Under the pieces are notes generated by a model. It saw only the letters and a program-made list of their open reading frames with translations. It searched no databases and was not told the origin of the DNA. Source: Phycisphaerae bacterium (GTDB lineage: Bacteria > Planctomycetota > Phycisphaerae > UBA1845). From it: 64,000 nucleotides of DNA. The position numbers and the translations under genes were made by a program. The stretch is taken from assembly GCA_963666835.2 (NCBI GenBank), contig CAXXGO010000006.1, forward strand, positions 1,216,001 through 1,280,000, given 5' to 3'. This document shows positions 41,192 through 51,250 of the stretch, in pieces. The first letter of the stretch is position 1. Every line of letters begins with the position of its first letter.

Positions 41192-41728
41192 ATGAGCAGA
41201 GTCCCTTGGGCAGCAATCGTCCTAGCGCTGGTGACAACAACCGTTGGCCTCTGGCTGCGGATCGGGGAGTTCTATTACTTGCAGCAACGGCTCCTGGACC
41301 TCCTCATTGTCGGCACTGTGTCATTAACCGTCCTTCTCTTAGTTCGTGCGCTCGGGCGTCATTCTCGGCGTCGTCCTCATGCCTCGTTCGCTTCTGTGGG
41401 CGTGTGGGCGATCACGGCTTTGCTTCTCATGGCGTGCTCGTTCGAAACGGAGCAGGCGAACGTCTGTAAGAACAATGCCTATCTGGCCAGACTGGCCGGG
41501 ATCGTGATTGAATACGAGCTGGTCAATGGTCAGATTCCGGAGTCCTTTGACGTGGCGTTACGCGCCTCCGGGCAACGGCTCCCCAATCGTGGCGACGCGG
41601 ACGGACGGAGCATCGTCTACGAGCGAACCGGCGATCGCTCATTCGCAATCCGCTCGGCCTCGCGAGAGAACATCCTGGCCGAGTACCGTGACGGCGTGTT
41701 GGTGCCCGGGGATTATGAGGCGCGGTAA
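41192..41728 (+). CDS. Hypothetical membrane protein
   Basis: Three hydrophobic segments plus small soluble domain; GGGAG RBS. Confidence 0.65.
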   Translation: MSRVPWAAIVLALVTTTVGLWLRIGEFYYLQQRLLDLLIVGTVSLTVLLLVRALGRHSRRRPHASFASVGVWAITALLLMACSFETEQANVCKNNAYLARLAGIVIEYELVNGQIPESFDVALRASGQRLPNRGDADGRSIVYERTGDRSFAIRSASRENILAEYRDGVLVPGDYEAR

Positions 41729-41946
41729 TCCGTCCCGAAGGCGTGTAGACGGGTGGAGCGAAGCGGAACCCGTGGGTGAGATTCGCTCCCACCTGCTCCC
41801 GTCCCGAAGGCTAGGTGGCCCACGTCCTTTTGGCTTTCGTGCATTCTCCAGTCTGTCGAGAATCACGCGAAGTCATGTTGCCTGGACGTGGGGGAGCCGA
41901 TGATCTTCACGTGCGGCCGTGAGTGACACCCGCGTGGCTCATAGGA

Positions 41947-42212
41947 CCAGCCCGGCAGGGCGGCAGCTCTGCCTAGCCCGCGGCGTGAGCCGCGGGATCG
42001 AGTTGCCCACCGGCCTTAGCCCCGTCAGGGGCGGCACTTCGATATTCGAAGGAGCCCCGGTCGTCGCCAGCGTGCTTTCCGTATGATGTTGAATCACCGG
42101 TTTCCGATCCAGGCCTCGATGCGCTCTGCCGCCCGCAACGGGGCTTGGCGCGAAACGACCGATCCCCCAGGCTTACGCCGTGGGGCTAGAGGACCTGTTG
42201 CCCCAAGGGGCT
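41947..42212 (+). mobile_element. ~270-bp REPIN/MITE-like element, copy 1
   Basis: Colinear with 42786-43053 (inverted) and 59019-59290; core ATGATGTTGAATCACCGG. Confidence 0.85.
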
Positions 42213-42785
42213 GCCCGCCGGCGTGTGTGTCACTGCTTTTGAGCAGTGCAAGACTGGCGTTGCCATGCAGGTGGCATCTCCCGTAGGGCAGGGTCGAGGA
42301 ACGAGCTCGTCTACAGCCGCTGCGCCGGAATACAGCAGTGCGCGGGAATGGGGCATTACCCGGAAAGGCGGCACTACACGGGAATGCGGCACTACACGGG
42401 AAACACCGAAGGCGTTACGTCCTGTGCCCAGGGTTGCCGCGCAGCGGCTACCCTGGGATCACGGTCGCATAGAAAATCAACCCCAACGGGGTTCCGCCGT
42501 TGTTCAACCCACTTCGGGGGTAATGCGCCAGGGAGCTCTGTGACCCAGGGTGGCACGAACGCGGCTGCGCCGCTTCGTTTACCCTGGCTTTGCTGTTTAA
42601 CGCCTTCGGCATGTGTTGAGGAGAGGCGCGCCGTCCTGAAGGGACGTGGGCACGTAGCCACGGGTGAAGCGCAGCGGAACCCGTGGGTCAGTTTTGTCCC
42701 GGTGTATTCCCGTCCCGAAGGGCCGGCGGACGGTTTCAATAATCGCGCGAAGGTCTGTAGGGTGCCTCGACCGTGTCTTAACCGA

Positions 42786-43053
42786 AGTCCCTTGGGGCGG
42801 CAGGTCCTTTAGCCCCACGGCGTAAGCCTGGGGAAACCGTGCGGTCGCTTTGCGCCAAGCCCCTTGTGTGCGGCAGAGGGCATTGGGATGCGAATCGGAC
42901 ACCGGTGATTCAACATCATACGCGAAGCACGTTGGCGACCGCCGGGAGCTTTTCGATCATCGAAGTGCCGCCCCTCGGGGCTTGGGTTGACGTGCGATGC
43001 GATCCCGCGGCTGACGCCGCGGGCTAGGCAGAGCTGCCGCCCTGACGGGCTGG
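42786..43053 (-). mobile_element. ~270-bp REPIN/MITE-like element, copy 2 (inverted)
   Basis: Reverse complement aligns end to end with copies 1 and 3. Confidence 0.85.
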
Positions 43054-43399
43054 TTTCGCGAGCCACACGTGTGGCACATATTCGTACGACTCAAACCATC
43101 GCGGCCTTGATGGCAGGTCTCGTGCCTCGACCATGCCCTACGAGGTCGTCGCGCGACGCACGCTGTTGTGGCAGGTCTCGTACCTCGACCGTGCGCTACG
43201 TATGTCTTCGCGCGACGCGCGCTGTTGCGGCAGGTCTCGTGCCTCGACTGTGCCCTAACCCTGGCACCGCTGCTCCACCGATGTCGAAGGCCTATTGGGA
43301 CGGAACGCAGCCCGCATACCAAACAGGGCTCTCTCGTCTCGTCTGCCAAGGTTAGTACCATTGGGCTCTGCCCAACACCTCCCTATTCCCGCCCCGCGC

Positions 43400-43440
43400 A
43401 AAAAACGGGGGCGGCAACCCTTCATACGGTCGCCGCCCTC
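43400..43440 (-). terminator. Rho-independent terminator after ECF sigma/anti-sigma
   Basis: Minus strand GAGGGCGGCGACC..GGTTGCCGCCCCCG followed by TTTTTT. Confidence 0.85.
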
Positions 43441-43478
43441 TATGGAATAACATCGCCGATATGAACGACCAGCGATGG

Positions 43479-43937
43479 CTAGCGAGTCTTGTGGTGCGGA
43501 CCGGCGTACGCGAGCTGATAGGCCTGGAAGTCGGCCAAATCTACGTCGCCGTCCGCATCAAAATCATGTGATTCGCAAACGCCCTCCTGCCCCGCGGCAG
43601 ATCTGGGACCAGAGAAACACAAAAGAAAATCACCCCGAGCCATCGCATCGCCACCGGCCGGGGCACTGACACTCGCTATCTGATTCGGTCCGAGGGGTAG
43701 ACCCGTCCCGCCGTTCGGCGTAAGCTGCCAGAGCCCCACGGCCAGCCCAATCACCGCGGCCGCTGATACCCACCGCAACAAACCGGGCCTAACCAGCCGC
43801 GGCGCTTCGCAAACGCTGCCGCGAAGCAGCGCCGCCGGGTCCACCGGAGTCCGCGCGAACAGGTTCGCCTGCTCCGCATCCTTCAGCTCCAGAAGGACGC
43901 TTTCGAGTGGATCAAGCTGCTTTCGGTTCGCGTTCAT
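43479..43937 (-). CDS. Putative anti-sigma factor, single TM with dockerin-like C-terminal domain
   Basis: Directly downstream of ECF sigma; WVSAAAVIGLAVGLW TM; DFLLCFSGP..CESHDFDADGDVDLADFQAYQ. Confidence 0.72.
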   Translation of the reverse strand: MNANRKQLDPLESVLLELKDAEQANLFARTPVDPAALLRGSVCEAPRLVRPGLLRWVSAAAVIGLAVGLWQLTPNGGTGLPLGPNQIASVSAPAGGDAMARGDFLLCFSGPRSAAGQEGVCESHDFDADGDVDLADFQAYQLAYAGPHHKTR

Positions 43938-43974
43938 AGAAGACCATCCCATGCGGCGGACTCCCGCCTGCACC

Positions 43975-44640
43975 TCATAAGTCGCTCCGATCGTCGCCAG
44001 GCGCGAACTGTTTTCCGGTTTTTCGCTCCAAACACCGGCTGAGCCGTTCCACGACCGACTTCCACCGAGATCGGAGCGTGGATTCCTTCAAGCCCAGCGC
44101 CTCCGCGGCCTCTCGCCACCTTCTGTCCGTTATGGCTTCAAGTTGCCCGGTCAACGCTCGGCTTCGGTCGTCCAACTCGCTCAGGCAACTCTGCAGGGTG
44201 TCCAGATCCTCTATGCGGGTCAGTTCTGAGAGGGGGTCGTCCAGCGATACTGACATTGACTCGAGGTCGTCGCCGGCTTCCACTACGGCAGGGTCCGATT
44301 CGGCGGGGAGCTGACGCATGGCGCTGATAGTCCGGTTTCGGGCGAGCCGGGCCAGGTAGGCCGCGGCCGACTTGGGCGGCTGCTCCCCGGCGCGCTGCAT
44401 GGAACGAACGAACCCCGACCAGCTCTCGGAGGCGATGGAGTCCAGCCATTGCGGATCCCGGGTGCAGCGGTCCCGCGCCTGTCGGAAGATCGTGTACCTG
44501 ACCAAACGATCGTAGCGGTTCATCAGCTCCCGCAAGGCCGCGGAGTCCCCGCCCAGCATGCCGGCGATGAGAAAGCCATCGTCCGGTTTGTGGGACGGGT
44601 CCGGGTCAAATGGTCTTTCCCCGTTGGGCTGGAGAGGCAT
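43975..44640 (-). CDS. ECF-type sigma-70 family sigma factor
   Basis: GDSAALRELMNRY, YLARLARNRTIS, EAAEALGLKESTLRSR. Confidence 0.88.
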   Translation of the reverse strand: MPLQPNGERPFDPDPSHKPDDGFLIAGMLGGDSAALRELMNRYDRLVRYTIFRQARDRCTRDPQWLDSIASESWSGFVRSMQRAGEQPPKSAAAYLARLARNRTISAMRQLPAESDPAVVEAGDDLESMSVSLDDPLSELTRIEDLDTLQSCLSELDDRSRALTGQLEAITDRRWREAAEALGLKESTLRSRWKSVVERLSRCLERKTGKQFAPGDDRSDL

Positions 44641-44647
44641 GCCGGCA

Positions 44648-44675
44648 ATTATGATGGTCCCGGCGGGGGGGTCAA
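44648..44675 (-). promoter_or_regulatory. Sigma70-type promoter, probably leaderless, for the ECF sigma gene
   Basis: TTGACC-N16-CATAAT-N7-ATG. Confidence 0.65.
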
Positions 44676-44706
44676 CGAGGAAGTCCGCCGGTCAACGCAC
44701 GTAAGC

Positions 44707-45423
44707 TCAGCGGATGAACCGGTATTTCATGACGGCCCACAACGCCGGGAAGCCGTCCAACCAGCTTATCTTCTTGCCCTCGTCGTGGGACCGGCCCGCG
44801 TAGCTGATTCCGACCTCGTAGACGCGCCAATACTTGCCTTGCCGGTTCGGACGGGCGACCTTGGCCGTGAACTCGGGTTCGAAGTCGAACCGATTGCACC
44901 GAAGCGTCATGCCCTTCAGAACCTCGGCTCGGAACACCTTGTAGCAGGTCTCCATGTCCGTGAGATTCAGATCCGTGAACATGTTGGAAATGAGAGTGAC
45001 GAACCGATTGCCCACCATGTGCCAGAACCGGTCTACCCGGTGCGCCGCACCTCCGCGAAAACGCGAGCCGTAGACAACATCGGCGATGTCATCCAGGATA
45101 GGCCTAAGCAGCCGCCCGTAATCCTCCGGGTTGTACTCGAGGTCGGCATCCTGAATCAGAATGATGTCGCCGTCAGCCAGCGCGAACCCCTCGCGCAAGG
45201 CGGCCCCTTTGCCCTTGTTGGTTGGCTGGAGCTTCACGACGATGTCCTGATCGGCCCAGCGGTCTTTGATCCTCGGGTAGAGGTCGCGAGATCCGTCGGT
45301 TGACCCGTCGTCCACGATGACCACTTGGCGAGCCATCCCAACATCTACGGCCAAGACTCGGGCAAGCAGTTCCTCGAGGGTCCTTGCTTCGTTGTGGACC
45401 GGAATGATGATGGAAAGGCGCAT
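44707..45423 (-). CDS. Glycosyltransferase family 2 (DPM1-like)
   Basis: [40 protein letters not shown]. Confidence 0.95.
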   Translation of the reverse strand: MRLSIIIPVHNEARTLEELLARVLAVDVGMARQVVIVDDGSTDGSRDLYPRIKDRWADQDIVVKLQPTNKGKGAALREGFALADGDIILIQDADLEYNPEDYGRLLRPILDDIADVVYGSRFRGGAAHRVDRFWHMVGNRFVTLISNMFTDLNLTDMETCYKVFRAEVLKGMTLRCNRFDFEPEFTAKVARPNRQGKYWRVYEVGISYAGRSHDEGKKISWLDGFPALWAVMKYRFIR

Positions 45424-45448
45424 GGGGTCCCTTGTTCACTTCCAGGCG

Positions 45449-46486
45449 TTAGCCGAACACCGAGAAACCGCGGGCGATCAGATCCTGGATGTCGATCAGC
45501 CCGGCCAGCCGGTCGTTCTCTTCAACCACCGGAAGCTCGTCGATTGAGTACTTGCGCATCAACTCCAACGCGTCCATGACCGAAGCGTCTACGGAGACGC
45601 GCTTCGGCGCCCGGGTCATCACTTCGGATACGCGGCGGTCCGCCAGCACGTCCCGGCTCTTGAACAATCGAAAGAAATCTCCGTGCGTGATAATGCCGAC
45701 GAGGATGCCCTCGGAATCTACCACGGCCGCGGCGCCGGCGCGCTGCGGGGCGCTCAGGATGGCCTCATAACACGCCCCCAGCGAGGCATCCGCGGCCGTC
45801 GTGGGGCAGTTCGGTCCGGTACGCATTATCTCCCGGGCTTTCATCAGGTATCGCCCCAGAGCGCCTCCGGGGTGATAACTGGCGTATTGATCCGGCTGGA
45901 CCGCGCGGAGTTCCATCACCGTAAGCGCGAGGGCATCGCCCAGAGCGAGCATGGCGGCCGTAGAGGAACTGGGTGCCAGCCCCAGAGGGCAGGCTTCTGC
46001 AGTCGAACCGATGTCGAGCACGAAGTCGGCGTGCTGGGCGGCCACCGAGTCCGTGCAAGCGGTGAGCAGGATCACGACACATCCCAGGGCCTTCAGTCGC
46101 GGCAGGATCTCGACCAGCTCGGAACCGCCGCTCTTGCTCAGCGACAGCACCACATCGTCGGAATGGACCATGCCGAGATCGCCGTGAAGGGCCTCGACGG
46201 GATGCAGCCCGTAGGATAGGGTACCCGTGCTGGCCAGGGTCGCTTGGATCTTGTTGCCGACCAGTCCGGCCTTTCCGACCCCGGTAACACAGACCCGCCC
46301 ACGGCAATTGTGAATGGCTCGGACGGCCTGCACGAAGCTGTCGCCGAGACGGATCTGGGCATCGCGGATCGCGGCGGATTCGAGTTCCAGCACGGCGCGA
46401 CCGCGGGCCAGGATTGCCTCCGGGCTCCTCGTCGTTCGTACGCTGTCGGACGGCCTGGTTCCCGCGTTTGTTCTGGTGGTCTCCAT
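45449..46486 (-). CDS. kdsD: KpsF/GutQ arabinose-5-phosphate isomerase (SIS plus 2 CBS)
   Basis: GVGKAG..TLASTGT, EALHGDLG, EACPLGLAPSSS, HPGGALG. Confidence 0.92.
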   Translation of the reverse strand: METTRTNAGTRPSDSVRTTRSPEAILARGRAVLELESAAIRDAQIRLGDSFVQAVRAIHNCRGRVCVTGVGKAGLVGNKIQATLASTGTLSYGLHPVEALHGDLGMVHSDDVVLSLSKSGGSELVEILPRLKALGCVVILLTACTDSVAAQHADFVLDIGSTAEACPLGLAPSSSTAAMLALGDALALTVMELRAVQPDQYASYHPGGALGRYLMKAREIMRTGPNCPTTAADASLGACYEAILSAPQRAGAAAVVDSEGILVGIITHGDFFRLFKSRDVLADRRVSEVMTRAPKRVSVDASVMDALELMRKYSIDELPVVEENDRLAGLIDIQDLIARGFSVFG

Positions 46487-46521
46487 ACGTCAGCGCATTA
46501 TCATCGAGCCGGGGGGTTTAC

Positions 46522-47517
46522 TCAACCGGGCCCGACCTTGTCGCTGGAGGGTGCCGGTGCGGCGACCTCGGAAACTGCGATTGACCGCCGGTCCAAGCCG
46601 ATGTGAACCAGGGTTTCGATAGCATCCGCCACCGTTTTGTCCGGCACGTCAGCGGCTCGACGCAGCCTGACGGTCGGTGACGTGTGCTTAGCCCGCAGTT
46701 CTCGGACGGTTTCGGAAAGTGCCTTTGCAGAAAGTGGAGCCCCTGCCAGACGGAAGCTGCCGGCCTTGGTGATCGTAAGCTCAATCGACGGTTCGCCCGG
46801 GTTTCGGCCTATCGTTAAGACGACCTTGGTTCCCATCGGGGGGATCGCTTCGGTGTTGGCTTCGAGCCAGAGTAGCTCGTTGTCCGCGCTGTGCAGATCG
46901 GCGATCGCAATAAGGGCGGTCTCGAAATCGACAACGCACGCAATCGTTCCCTCAAGATCGGCCCCGAATCGGCCGTCCGCGAGGGTCTTGGACCCGGCGA
47001 ATACCCACTTGGCGGACTCGACCGGGCGGTTCCGGTTACGATCCAACAGCCACCGCTCGGCAGGGACGGTAGTCTCCTTGCCAATGGAGCTGTAACGGAC
47101 AGTCAGACTCAACGGCTCGCCGATGGGGGGGAGGATCCGCTCCGTAGCTTCGTCGTAGCGAATCGGCTTGCCCGGCTCCAATCCGATCAGGCCCATCGCA
47201 TGGTGGATGTCTCGAGGACGTCCGGGGATAGCCAGGATGCTCTCGTGTTCCCGCGTGTGCGGACTGCAGGCCAGCAGCTCGAGCGGCCCGCGGCGAAGCA
47301 CCACGGTGGCATCCAGCTCCACGATCCTGCGTGACCAGTCAATGCGTATTCCGGGAGAGTATTCCTGTGGGGTCGGTTTGTCCGCCACTGGATCACCGCG
47401 CGATTCCGGCGGCGACGGCAGACCCAAGACACCTGCAACGGCGACGCCGAGAGCGATGATCGTCGCGACGCATCGTGCTCGACCTTTATTCAACGTGGAT
47501 ATGCTCTTCTGTTTCAT
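46522..47517 (-). CDS. YdjY-domain protein with C-terminal ExbD/TolR-like domain
   Basis: LELLAC..REHESIL, WVFAGS, IPPMGTKV; then ELTITKAGSFRLAG..VRLRRAADVPDKTV. Confidence 0.75.
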   Translation of the reverse strand: MKQKSISTLNKGRARCVATIIALGVAVAGVLGLPSPPESRGDPVADKPTPQEYSPGIRIDWSRRIVELDATVVLRRGPLELLACSPHTREHESILAIPGRPRDIHHAMGLIGLEPGKPIRYDEATERILPPIGEPLSLTVRYSSIGKETTVPAERWLLDRNRNRPVESAKWVFAGSKTLADGRFGADLEGTIACVVDFETALIAIADLHSADNELLWLEANTEAIPPMGTKVVLTIGRNPGEPSIELTITKAGSFRLAGAPLSAKALSETVRELRAKHTSPTVRLRRAADVPDKTVADAIETLVHIGLDRRSIAVSEVAAPAPSSDKVGPG

Positions 47518-47644
47518 GGGTATCTCGGCATGTTCAGATATCGACTGGAAGACCTTCCAGCCCGGATTCTCCACGCAAGCGGGGCACAGGCCGTAAACCA
47601 ACGGAGCGCCAGTGCTTGTTCCAGGCGTGGAAGCCGAGCAGCGC

Positions 47645-47679
47645 AAAAGAAAACCGCTACGGAAGCCGTAGCGGTTTTC
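47645..47679 (-). terminator. Rho-independent terminator after secretin gene
   Basis: GAAAACCGCTACGG-3nt-CCGTAGCGGTTTTC followed by TTTT on minus strand. Confidence 0.85.
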
Positions 47680-47747
47680 GGAATACTACCGTCTCTCCGA
47701 TCGAAGCACCCGGTACCTTTTGCCGACCGGGGCCGATCCATCAGCGG

Positions 47748-50700
47748 TTAACGCTGCGAGAACGACGGGAAAGCCTGCTCCTCCTGCTCAGACTGAATCA
47801 GGATCTTCGGCTTAATCAGGATCAGCAGGACCTGCTCATCCTTGACCGTCGATCGCGACGAATACAGCCGCTTGAGGATCGGGATCTTGGAGAGAATCGG
47901 AACACCGGCTTCGACTTCGGTTTCGCTGGCCAGCTTCTGCCCGCCGATTAGCAACGTCCCACCATCCGGCACGGAGACCATAGTCTGGATCCGCTGAGCC
48001 GACAGGGTGGGAAGCTGCACGAACGCATCACCCGCTCCTGTTCCACCGCTGAACCGGAACGTCTGCAGATCGAGCAAGCGGGTCACACCGGGAGCGAGCA
48101 GCATCATCACGTAGCGCCGATCCGCAGTCACCGTGGCCCGCACGAACAGACTCGCACCGGCATCAACCGTCTGGGTCTCAGGTTCCTGAGCGACCGCCTG
48201 TTGCGCGACCACCGGCTGCAGCGTGCTGACGAAGTTCTGCTGAATGGTCACGGCGATCCAGGCCGACGCGCCGTTGAACACAACCAGCCGCGGGGCCGTA
48301 ACCACCGAGGTTCGCGAGTCAGCTTGAGTAGCCCGGATGAGGAAATCCAGTTGGATGTTGTCCAGGAAGCTCCCGAAGATACTCAGCGCGGCCGGGAGAG
48401 CCTGACCACCGAAGCTACCGGGGATGTCACTGGGGAAGTTGGCCGGGTTCGTGAAGTCCAGAACACTGGAGGTAACCGGAACCGGCGTCAGCAGGCTGCC
48501 ACCGCCGCCGGTGCTACCGGGGACCAGGTACGGTTGCTCATACGGCTGCTGGATCGCGGAACCACCCACTTGCAGCACTTCCCCTTGCCCCAGCGGGGTG
48601 GGCGTGATTCCCAATTGGGAGAATGTCCGCGGAAGCAGCAAGCGGTTGCCGTATACGGGGTCCGTCAGCGGGCCGGATCCGCCGTTGATCATATCAAACC
48701 CGGCATTTCCGGAGTTGAGCGTGATATTCAGGTTCATACCCAGCTCTTCGAGATAGTGGCTGGACACCGTGATGAACAACGCCTCGACGGCTACCTGAAT
48801 CGCCCGCTCGGCCCGCAGCTTATCCAGTAGCCCGCTCAGCTTGGCGTGCGAAGCCGAGTTCTGCGTAACCACGAGCTGTCCGTTGATCTCGCTAATGCGG
48901 CCAATAGACCCACCGTTGTCGTACCAACTTTCCGGGGCGATCGTATCCTGGATCAACGAAATCAGCTTGCGGACCCGACTTTCCCGGGCGGGGTTGCTCT
49001 CCGGCTCGTCATCGTCATCGTCCCCGACTTGCCAAGGGAGATCCGCCTCCTCAGAAACCCGCGGACGCTTCCGATTCGTCATGGCGTGAAGGTCCATGGC
49101 CGGCGCGTCGGTGAAATCCGGAATCTCCATCAACAGGTCCGTAATGTCGTACACCGCGTTGTAGGTTCTCTGATCCAAGAAGTCCTGGGTGGCGATCGAG
49201 ATCACGCCCTCCGCAACTTCAAACCCCACATCGACAGTGCCTTGCCCGGCCTGCTGGAGTACTTCCGTAAGGACCTTCTTCAGGGTAATCTCGCTCGGCA
49301 GAACCAGTTCAATCGGCGTATCCCGCTCGACGCCCGCCTGCTGGAGATCATGCCAGTTGACGCTTATGTTCAACCGGTGTGCGTCGGCCAGCCGCTCGAT
49401 GACTTGCCCGAACGGCTGCCGCTGGAAATCTGCGGTAGTCGGGCGGTTCAAAGCGCTGATGAGCAGGCTGTCCTGCCGGGTCTCACCCGGTCGGCTTCGT
49501 TCCGGGCGGGAGATGATCTTGATCCAATCATCCGGGTACTGAATCTGCTGATGCCAAGGGATCTTGGCCTCCTCGACCCCAATCAGCGTGTTGCGAGACT
49601 CCCGGTAGAAATCATCGTGGATCTCGCGTTCCCGCCTGAGCAACCGCTGGTCCTCGAGGACATCCATCATGAATCGAGCCGGCTTGTTTTTCGGGTCGAT
49701 CACGGTGATCTGCCTGAGGGCGTTGATGGCTGCGGGAAGATCGCCGTCTTTGCGGTGCTGTTGGGCCTGCTGCATCAGGGCGTCTACCTGACGCGTACGG
49801 TTCGCCTCCACTTCGCGAAGGTGTTGTTGCCGGGCGTCTTCAATCTCCCTGCGGGTCTCCGCCACCTTCTCTTCGTGGTATCTCCGCTCTTGAGCCCGAA
49901 CCTGGTCTTCCAGGGCGTCGTACTCACTGCGCAGACTCTCGTACTTGACTACCGGCTCAGCGAACTGCCTGCCGGATTCGACGATCTGACGAGCTCGGAT
50001 GAGAATCTGGTTGGCTTCGTCGAACTGCTCATTCGCAACACAATCCCTAATTGCGTTCTCCGCTTCGCGATACCGCGCGACCGCACGCTGCCAGTTGATA
50101 GCATCTTCGTGCCGGATTCGGTCAATGAGCGACTGCCCGCCCGGACCGGCGGCATTCGCCGCGTGCTGCCGGGCAACGTTAAGGCCATCGACGGCTTCGG
50201 GGTATCCCGGAACCGCAACCAGGGCTTCGCGATAGGCTTCTTCGGCGTCCGCGTATCGGCCGGCCTCTACGAGGCTGTTACCTTTGGCCGTCAAATCAGC
50301 CGCCCGCTGGACCGCGGATTGATCTGAACTCGCCGCCGCGTCATCCCCAACCAAGTGTGCGGGATGGTTATCGGTCGGTGTGGTGGACTTGGCTGCTGCA
50401 GTGGACTCTTCAATCAGAGAGTCACGCTCGCGGAGGTCACGAAGTTTCGCAGTCGCCGCCCGACGCACGGACTCGGCGGAATACTCGTTGGCCAGCACCC
50501 CGTTCAGGAGTTTCTCCGCCCGGTCGTATTCGCGCTCGGCAATTGCCGTCTCAGCATCCTCGAGGTCGCCGAGCGACTTCTCGTACATCGTGATCGCGAC
50601 CTGCACGCGACTGACGTAGTCGTCGCGTCGCGCCTGATCGTCTTGAGACAGGGCATCGCGATCAATGCCCAGGAGCGTTTCCTGAGCGGCGAGATAGTCA

Positions 50701-50960
50701 CCGTCGTTGAAGAGCTTGATAGCCTGCTTCAACGCCTCTGTCGAATCGCTGGCTGTGGCGGGAACGGCGAAAAAGCACAGCGCAATAAGCGCCATCGACA
50801 CCGCGGCACCTGCCGGAAACCTTACTCTTGGCAACGGAAGATCCTCCTTGTGGCGTCCAGTCTGGAGTTTCCCTCGGCCGGACTGTCGGGTGGGTTTACC
50901 ACGCCGGACATAAATGCCGAACCCGACAGCCTCAGCGCCGGAGAGCAGACAACTCACCAC
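47748..50960 (-). CDS. Secretin (PilQ/GspD-like) with TPR and coiled-coil N-terminus; true start probably ~50830
   Basis: TAPRLVVFNG, TMVSVPDGGTLLIGG, GVPILSKIPILKRLY, LLILIKPKIL. Confidence 0.92.
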   Translation of the reverse strand: MVSCLLSGAEAVGFGIYVRRGKPTRQSGRGKLQTGRHKEDLPLPRVRFPAGAAVSMALIALCFFAVPATASDSTEALKQAIKLFNDGDYLAAQETLLGIDRDALSQDDQARRDDYVSRVQVAITMYEKSLGDLEDAETAIAEREYDRAEKLLNGVLANEYSAESVRRAATAKLRDLRERDSLIEESTAAAKSTTPTDNHPAHLVGDDAAASSDQSAVQRAADLTAKGNSLVEAGRYADAEEAYREALVAVPGYPEAVDGLNVARQHAANAAGPGGQSLIDRIRHEDAINWQRAVARYREAENAIRDCVANEQFDEANQILIRARQIVESGRQFAEPVVKYESLRSEYDALEDQVRAQERRYHEEKVAETRREIEDARQQHLREVEANRTRQVDALMQQAQQHRKDGDLPAAINALRQITVIDPKNKPARFMMDVLEDQRLLRREREIHDDFYRESRNTLIGVEEAKIPWHQQIQYPDDWIKIISRPERSRPGETRQDSLLISALNRPTTADFQRQPFGQVIERLADAHRLNISVNWHDLQQAGVERDTPIELVLPSEITLKKVLTEVLQQAGQGTVDVGFEVAEGVISIATQDFLDQRTYNAVYDITDLLMEIPDFTDAPAMDLHAMTNRKRPRVSEEADLPWQVGDDDDDEPESNPARESRVRKLISLIQDTIAPESWYDNGGSIGRISEINGQLVVTQNSASHAKLSGLLDKLRAERAIQVAVEALFITVSSHYLEELGMNLNITLNSGNAGFDMINGGSGPLTDPVYGNRLLLPRTFSQLGITPTPLGQGEVLQVGGSAIQQPYEQPYLVPGSTGGGGSLLTPVPVTSSVLDFTNPANFPSDIPGSFGGQALPAALSIFGSFLDNIQLDFLIRATQADSRTSVVTAPRLVVFNGASAWIAVTIQQNFVSTLQPVVAQQAVAQEPETQTVDAGASLFVRATVTADRRYVMMLLAPGVTRLLDLQTFRFSGGTGAGDAFVQLPTLSAQRIQTMVSVPDGGTLLIGGQKLASETEVEAGVPILSKIPILKRLYSSRSTVKDEQVLLILIKPKILIQSEQEEQAFPSFSQR

Positions 50961-51250
50961 CTGTGGAATACACCGTACTCTCAGTGCTGTCGGCGCGCCT
51001 TCTAGGCACTGAAAAGCCGGATTCTAGGTGGTCGACTCGCAGCTCGCAAGCCTCCCGACCCCACCCCATGAACAAAACTGCTCCACTTTTCTACGGGCCG
51101 GATTTCTCCGACCCACGGTAACCGCCCGCCATGAGCCTGAGCGGCCTGTTTTGCCGTTGGACCACCCAGTCCAACATCGCCCTGAGACCCCGTGGCGAAC
51201 GCCGACGATGCGCCACTCGATCTTTGGGCTCCGCCGGCGAATCCGGCGGA

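Larger units (their letters stand above)
41731..43260. repeat. Mosaic cluster of REP/REPIN-like palindromes of several families
   Basis: CGTCCCGAAGG..GCGGAACCCGTGG at ~41731 and ~42632; CCCAGGGT..ACCCTGG doublet ~42404-42612; CACTGCTTTTGAGCAGTG 42231; GTAG-REP at 42283, 43112, 43170, 43229; two copies of a ~270-bp element. Confidence 0.88.
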
